Assembly: GCA_964016885.1 (NCBI GenBank)
Contig: OZ024747.1
Location: 5,704,001-5,768,000 of the forward strand
Source of the DNA: Eledone cirrhosa
Taxonomy: Eukaryota
DNA: 64,000 nucleotides
Direction of reading: 5' to 3'
In this document: one piece after another, positions 56,132 to 64,000 of the stretch
Numbering within the stretch: the stretch's first letter is position 1
Layout of the letters: every line of letters starts with the position of its first letter
Translations under genes and position numbers: made by a program
Notes under the pieces: model-generated
What the model saw: the letters and a program-made list of their open reading frames with translations, nothing else
What the model was told of the DNA's origin: nothing
Databases searched by the model: none

Positions 56132-56593
56132 GTATATATATGTATATACATATATGTATATATATATATGTATATATATGTATATACATATATGTATATA
56201 TATATATGTATATATATATATACATATATGTATATTTATATATGTTCATATACAACATATACACACATACCATCATATGCATAAAATCAAACATGAGAGA
56301 GAGAAACCGAATAAAATATGTATGTATGTGTTATATATGTATGTATGTATGTGTTATATATGTATGTATGTATGTGTTATATATGCATGTATGTATGTGT
56401 TATATATGTATGTATGTGTTATATATGTATGTAGGTATGTATGTATATATGTGTGTGTTATCTGTATGTATGTGTCTGTTAATAGACACACAGACACACC
56501 CATAAACATACACACCGCTCATATCTGTGATAAGTCGTGTATCCACCTGTTGGATACATATCTCTTCCCCTTTACATATTTTATATATATACA

Positions 56594-57180
56594 TGTTTCT
56601 TTATTAGCCACAGGGGCACAAAAGAAGGGGACAAATACAAAGGTGGAAGTTTACATACAATAAAAACGTGTAAAATATTATCACAAATGCAATTTAAAAT
56701 TTAATCGATTTTCCCCAATAGGGGGAGACAGTTTATATGGGTAACACATACCCTCGAAAAAATGTGCAACCCTCATCTCCAGGAGTACGAAGAGTTTGTA
56801 CCCCTTTCCTCTCCTCCTCTTTTTCCTCAACCTAAGGGCTTATATAGAGAGAAGGCCCATTCACTCGGGCCATTCTCGCCACTTTCATAAAACTTGCTGG
56901 GGTACAGCACCTCTCTCTTCATCCTGATGCTTCTTCCAAAGTGGTATTTGAAAAAAAGAATCAGGTAGATAGATAGATAGATAGATAGATATGTTTCTTT
57001 ATTAGCCACAAGGACGTAGCTATAGATAGATAGGTGTATAGATAGATAGACAGACAGATAGATAGATATGTTTCTTTATTAGCCACAAGGGCACAAAAGA
57101 AGGGGACAAATACAAATGGGGAAGTTTACATACAATAAAAACGTGTAAAATGTTATCACAAATGCAATTTAAAAAATTAG
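56594..57180 (-). mobile_element. Tx1/L1-clade 3' fragments among (GATA)n
   Basis: Reverse-complement matches to 5254-5370 and 5810-5950. Confidence 0.75.
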
Positions 57181-57311
57181 ATAGATAGGTAGGTAGAGGG
57201 TAAATAAGCGTGAGTGAGAGAAAAGGAGAAAGGAAAGAATCTCTCTACATGTATAGTCTAACTTTCCTCTCTCTCTATCTCTACCTCCCTCTCTCTCCGT
57301 ATCTAAATATA

Positions 57312-57355
<44 letters not shown>

Positions 57356-57356
57356 A

Positions 57357-57411
<55 letters not shown>

Positions 57412-57544
57412 AGTGAGTGTGTGTGGATATGTGTGTGTGTGTATATATATGTGTGTGTGGATATATATGTGTGTGGATATATATATATATGTATATATAT
57501 ATATATGTGTATCTATATATATATACACTTATATATATACATGC

Positions 57545-57579
<35 letters not shown>

Positions 57580-57843
57580 TATATATATACATATATATAT
57601 ACACACATATATATATATATATACATGCATACATATACACACATATATATATATGCATATATATATATATATATATACATATACACACATTTATATATAT
57701 ATGTGTGTGTATCTATATACAGCTATATATATATACAGGTATATATATATACAGGTATATATATATATACAGGTATATATATATATACATATATATATAT
57801 ATACATACACTTATATACATATACAAGTATAAATATATATATA

Positions 57844-57897
<54 letters not shown>

Positions 57898-57983
57898 TGT
57901 ATATATATATGTGTATATATATATATATATATGCAATGCATATATATATACACATATATATATATATGCATATATATATATAA

Positions 57984-58033
<50 letters not shown>

Positions 58034-58311
58034 CCAGCCTTCCACTTCACCACTCTCTCTCTAGCTGGGTTACTGTAGTGGCACGTGGCGGGTGGCTAAC
58101 TAATCAGAGGTTTCAATCCCTGAAATATCCTGTCCTAGCAATTAAGGTCCCAATTAGAGACGCAACACCTGTGCCACATTCGTGTTTATCAGTAGGCCAG
58201 GTAACATGTGTATTGCTTACCTACATTCACGTCAACCTCACCCACTCACTCAGCTAAAAGATACCAACTTTTCTTGACTACCTGCCTCCCTACCTCTTTC
58301 TCTACGGCTGG

Positions 58312-59690
58312 ATGGTGTCATGGTGTGATGGTGTGATGGTGTGATGGTGTGATGTTGTCATGCTGGGCTGGAGAATGGTGTATTGGGAATAGTGTGCTAG
58401 CAGGTGTGGAATAGTTGCATGGTGTAATGGTGTGATGGTGTGATGGTGTGATGGTGTGATGGTGTAATGGTGTGATGGTGTAATGGTGTGATGGTGTGAT
58501 GGTGTAATGGTGTGATGGTGTAATGGTGTGATGGTGTGATGGTGTAATGGTGTGATGGTGTGATGGTGTAATGGTGTGATGGTGTAATGGTGTGATGGTG
58601 TAATGGTGTAATGGTGTGATGGTGTAATGGTGTGATGGTGTGAAGCGGCGATGGTGTGATGGTGTGATGGTGCGATTGTGTGATGGTGTGATGGTGCGAT
58701 GGTGTCATGGTGTCATGGTGCGATGGTGTAATGGTGTGATGGTGTAATGGTGTGATGGTGTGATGGTGTGATGGTGTAATGGTGTGATGGTGTGATGGTG
58801 TAATGGTGTGATGGTGTAATGGTGTGATGGTGTAATGGTGTGATGGTGTAATGGTGTGATGGTGTGATGGTGTAATGGTGTGATGGTGTAATGGTGTGAT
58901 GGTGTGATGGTGTGATGGTGTGATGGTGTAATGGTGTGATGGTGTAATGGTGTGATGGTGTAATGGTGTGATGGTGTAATGGTGTGATGGTGTAATGGTG
59001 TGATGGTGTGAAGCGGCGATGGTGTGATGGTGTGATGGTGTCATGGTGCGATGGTGCGATGGTGCGATGGTGTCATGGTGTCATGGTGCGATGGTGTAAT
59101 GGTGTGATGGTGTAATGGTGTGATGGTGTGATGGTGTCATGCTGGGCTGGAGAATGGTGTATTGGGCATAGTGTGCTAGCAGGTGTGGAATAGTTGCATG
59201 GTGTAATGGTGTGATGGTGTGATGGTGTGAAGGTGAGATTGTGCGAGTGTGTGATGGTGTAATGGTGTGATGGTGTGATGGTGTGATGGTGCGATTGTGT
59301 GATGGTGTGATGGTGTAATGGTGTGATGGTGTGATGGTGTGATGGTGTGATGGTGCGATTGTGTGATGGTGTGATGGTGTAATGGTGTGATGGTGTGATG
59401 GTGCGATTGTGTGATGGTGTGATGGTGTGATGGTGTAATGGTGTGATGGTGTGATGGTGTAATGGTGTGATGGTGTGATGGTGTGATGGTGCGATTGTGT
59501 GATGGTGTGATGGTGTGATGGTGTGATGGTGTGATGGTGTGATGGTGTAATGGTGTGATGGTGTGATGGTGTGATGGTGTGATGGTTTCATGGTGCGATG
59601 GTGTGAAGGGGCGATGGTGTGATGGTGTGATGGTGCGATTGTGTGATGGTGTCATGGTGTCATGGTGTGATGGTGTCATGGTATCATGCT
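58312..59690. repeat. 8-bp (ATGGTGTG/ATGGTGTA)n satellite with higher-order interruptions
   Basis: ~60-bp spacer gctgggctggagaatgg...tagttgcatgg at ~58362 and ~59141, diverged at ~59688. Confidence 0.95.
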
Positions 59691-59832
59691 GGGTTGAAGA
59701 ACTGTGGGATTGGCGGGGTTAGTCTGCTAGCAGGTGAGTGCTATGGTGGAATGGTTGCATGGTAGAATGATGTGGTGGTGGAATGGTGTGGTGGTGCGAT
59801 GATCTAATGCTGGGCTGGAGAATAGTATGATT

Positions 59833-60088
59833 GTGGGTTCGATTCCTTCAGCAAGACACTTTATTTCTTGTTGCTCCAGTCAACTCAGCTGCCAAAAATG
59901 AGTTGTACCTGTAATTCGAAGTACCAGCCTTGTCATATTTTGTGTCACACTGAATCTCCCTGAGAACTACGTTAAGGATAAGCGTGTCTGTGGAATGCTC
60001 GGCCACTTGCATGTTAATGTCATGAGCAGGCAGTGCCGTTGATCTGATCAATTGGAACACTCATCGTCGTAACCGACGGAGTGCCAGT
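59833..60088 (+). mobile_element. tRNA-derived SINE of a second family
   Basis: GGTTCGATTCC B-box, then gcaagacactttatttc..gctccagtcaactcagctg..aaatgagt core. Confidence 0.65.
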
Positions 60089-60160
60089 ATAAGTATATAT
60101 AAAAATGTACATTACGATGTGTATACAGAGCTCCCTCTCTAAATTGGTGAAATCTCAAAG

Positions 60161-60272
60161 TTGGTGGAACGTCGGACAAATTACCTTGTAGTATTTGTTC
60201 CGACTCGTTGCCTTCTGATTTCAAATCCCGCGAGATTCATTTTGTTTTTCATCCTTTCGGTGTTGATAAAAT
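60161..60272 (+). mobile_element. Partial tRNA-derived SINE (Meta-type core)
   Basis: ttcaaatcccgc...tttcatcctttcggtgttgataaaat. Confidence 0.7.
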
Positions 60273-60305
60273 ATGTATGTATGTGTATATATATATATAC
60301 ATGCG

Positions 60306-60702
<397 letters not shown>

Positions 60703-61112
60703 TATATATATATATATGTGTGTGTGTGTGTTTCTTATCTGGTGATTCGTGTTTTGCACAAAACACACAGAATTCCTTGTAAAATTTAGATCTTTCCCTG
60801 GTTTTCTATTTAATTCTGTAGTCCGGGCTCTTTCTTGTAATTGCTAGCTGTAGTCCTTTAATTTTGCTGTTTATATCTGAAGGAAAATGTATGATAGTAA
60901 AATGTTTGGTTGAATTTCCCGCCCATTATGCCTATATGATATTTACATGACAGTTCTAGAATCATTTTTATGGAGCTGACCTCAGTTTTAAATTATGTCA
61001 TCTGTGTTGTTGTCAATTCCTTTACTTAAGATGTATTTGTGTTCCTACCTGAGCAGGTAGTTTCCGTTTTGCTATTGAGAATGGGAAATATTATATTTCA
61101 TTGGTTGTTGCA

Positions 61113-61386
61113 GATTATTATCAATAACGCTTTACCAGATATCGGATTAAAAGAGAAGCATAATCTTACCAACCCACCTACCTACGTACCCTAAGAAATA
61201 AATAAAAGAGGCACCAGAATATCATGTTTCACACATCCTTTTTCACACAGTGTTAAATCTAGTATTGCAAGAGACTTTCTAACCTTAATAGACCAGCATT
61301 TCCCCGTAAACCATACATATCGAAAATATTTTAATGAGCACAATCTGAAAGTAGGCTACAGTTGCACCATCAACATAAAAGAATGA
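61113..61386 (+). pseudogene. Degenerate PLE ORF fragment
   Basis: CFTHPFSHSVKSSIARDFLTLIDQHFPVNHTYRKYFNEHNLKVGYSCTINIK aligns with the 55700-55520 protein segment. Confidence 0.8.
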
Positions 61387-62342
61387 AAGAAACAAAGAAA
61401 TAAACAAACAAAGCCTGGTTGGGTGAATGAATGAATCTATGAACGAAACTATAAATGAATGAACGCAACTAACAAACGGGGAAAGGCTGATATATAGGAA
61501 GAAAAGTAGAAAGAGCGGAAGAAGGAAAGAAAAAAGGTAGAAAGGTATAAAGAAAGAAAGGGAGGGAGAAAGAAAGAAAAATGTAAATAGAGAAATTTGC
61601 TTCCGTTGCAAAAATCTGATTAATGCAATCGCAATAGCTTTGAGCCAAGGATTCTTCCTCGCAGCACATTTACCATGGTGGGGGTGGGGTTACCGGTGTG
61701 GGATTATAGGGGGGAATTAGTAGTGGTGGTGTAGGGGTTAGTAATGGTGGTGGTGTAGTGATCGGGGTTAGTAGTAGTGGTGGTGGTAGTGCAGAAATCG
61801 GGGTTAGTAGTGGTGGTGGTGACGGTGGTGCAGTAATCGGGGTTAGTAGTAGTGGTGGTGTTAGTGGAGGTGGTGGTGGTTGTGGTGGAGGAGGAGAAGA
61901 TGGTGGTGTTGATGGTGGGAGATGGTAATGGTGGTTGTGGTGGTAGTAATGGTATCGGTGGTGGTGATGTTATTGATGCCATTGTCGGTGCTACTAGTTC
62001 TGTATAGTAATGGTGAATGTAGGGTGGTGTGGTGGTTATGGTGGTGGTGGTAGTGGTAGTGGTGGTGGTGGTGGTGGTGGTAGTGGTAGTGGTTATGGTA
62101 ACGGTAGTGGTGGTGGTGGTGGTGGTAGTGGTTATGGTGGTGGTGGTTATGGTGGTGTTGGTGGTGGTAGTGGTGGTGTTGGTGGTTATGGTGGTGGTGG
62201 TTATGGTGGTAGTGGTGGTGTGGTGGTAGTGGTTATGGTAGTGGTAGTGGTGGTAATGGTGCTGGTAGTAGTGGTAGTGGTGGTAGTGGTGGTGATTGAT
62301 GCGGCAGTGGTATATATATTGATGCGGCATATATATATGTAT

Positions 62343-62488
62343 GAAAAATGTGAGGACCCCGACGGCTGAGCTCCAGCCGTTTCGACAGCTAGATCCGAAC
62401 TTTTCCTATTACCCACCCTACTACCCTAAGTATTGAGTACTCTGGTGTGTTATGGTCCACCTGGTTTCTTTCCACACTTCCTTTGTTA
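62343..62488 (+). mobile_element. Family A copy: inverted half-hammerhead plus tail
   Basis: Minus strand GAAAC ggctg gagct cagcc GTC ggggtc; plus-strand tail ctactaccctaagtattgagtactc as at 1149-1173. Confidence 0.8.
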
Positions 62489-62604
62489 TATAGGTGTGTA
62501 GGTAACATTTCTTCACTAAAGAATATACACTTTTCATTTACGATGTATTGAATCAGTTATGTTGAGGTCTTCCCGAATATTATTCGAGAATTATGCCCTG
62601 TGTA

Positions 62605-62680
<76 letters not shown>

Positions 62681-62721
62681 TACGTTTCTAGTTTTACAGT
62701 TTATCCGGGGGTTCACCTTAC

Positions 62722-62835
62722 ATATGATACATTTCCTATTGGTACAGTGGGTTTTCTTAAAAGGGTAGGTTTTGCTGATCAGCAAAACCTACCCTTTTAA
62801 GAAAACCCACTGTACCAATAGGAAATGTATCATAT
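62722..62835. repeat. Perfect 114-bp palindrome
   Basis: 57-bp arms with no spacer, centre gctga|tcagc (62778/62779). Confidence 0.95.
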
Positions 62836-62890
62836 ATATATATATATATATATATTATATAATATATATATATATATATTATATAATATA

Positions 62891-63092
62891 ATGGTTTCTT
62901 ATCTAGACACAAGCTCAGCAATTTTGGGAGGGGAAAGTCAATTAAATCGATTCAGTGCGTGACTGGTACTTTATTTTATCGACCCCGTAAGGATGAAAGG
63001 CAAAACCTCGGCGGGATTTGAACTCAGATCATAAAAGGCCGTAACTCTATGCTTCAAAGCATGGCGTCCAACCCTCTACCGATTCTGCCAGT
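62891..63092 (-). mobile_element. tRNA-derived SINE (Meta-type core)
   Basis: Reverse-complement match to 14286-14500. Confidence 0.85.
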
Positions 63093-63367
63093 AACTTCAC
63101 GTTACACTCCCTGGATGGGTATATATATATTACATAACACACATTCACGAAATGCGATGAAAGCGGCGTGTGTGTGTAGGTTGCACATACGACCTGCGGC
63201 TATACACGAAACATAACAAACGGAAACCAATTCTACACATGTTTTTTACTGGTCTATATGTTAGCTTATACATCCGAACACACGTGCGTGTACGCACGTG
63301 TTCAACAAATATATACCGGCATATATATATATATGTATATATATATATATGTATATATATATGTATA

Positions 63368-63408
<41 letters not shown>

Positions 63409-63417
63409 GTATGTATA

Positions 63418-63552
<135 letters not shown>

Positions 63553-63571
63553 ATGTATGTATATGTATGTA

Positions 63572-63641
<70 letters not shown>

Positions 63642-64000
63642 TGTGTATATATACATATATATGTGTATATATACATATATATATATACACACACACCACC
63701 ATACACACACACACCACCATCACACACTACCATCACACACCACCACCACACACCACCATACACACCATCACACAGACACACCACCACCACACAACACAAC
63801 ACACACCACCCCCACACACCACCACACACCACCACCACACCACCACCACCATACACACCACCACACACCACCCCACACTACCACACACAACCACCATACA
63901 CACCACCACACCACCCCACACCACCTCTACACACCACCACACACCACACGACACACACCCTGACCATCCCTCTCTCTGCAAACCTTTCATACCACATCCC

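Noticed and set aside
58397-59679. His-rich ORFs (HHHTITPS)n as beak-type histidine-rich protein
   Set aside because: Product of an 8-bp satellite that reads the same in all frames; no gene structure.
61113-61140. ttgcag followed by an open frame as the next slit exon
   Set aside because: No LRR pattern or donor at 72 bp; the sequence translates as a PLE fragment.

Overview
Eukaryotic, AT-rich, microsatellite-dense DNA, apparently mostly intron. The SINE content suggests an octopod cephalopod (inference). The only host exon I can support is a 72-bp LRR exon (19275-19346, +) closely resembling Slit exon 4. Almost every ORF in the track is a translation of simple repeats. The rest is mobile DNA: tRNA-derived Meta-core SINEs, RTE, Tx1/L1 and R4/Dong-type LINE fragments, a ~610-bp internally deleted RTE derivative (8 copies/fragments), MITEs, and a 5'-truncated Penelope-like element (PLE) with an open GIY-YIG ORF. 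The most striking signal is many hammerhead ribozyme (HHR) motifs in short non-coding elements, mostly inserted in (TA)n. These include a retrozyme-like array of four apparently identical 311-bp structured HHR units plus an inverted copy (28157-29792), and several unrelated fold-back families whose inversion junctions often fall at the HHR 5' edge and which share a GAGYRY tail motif. All structures were read by eye; none was computed or searched.
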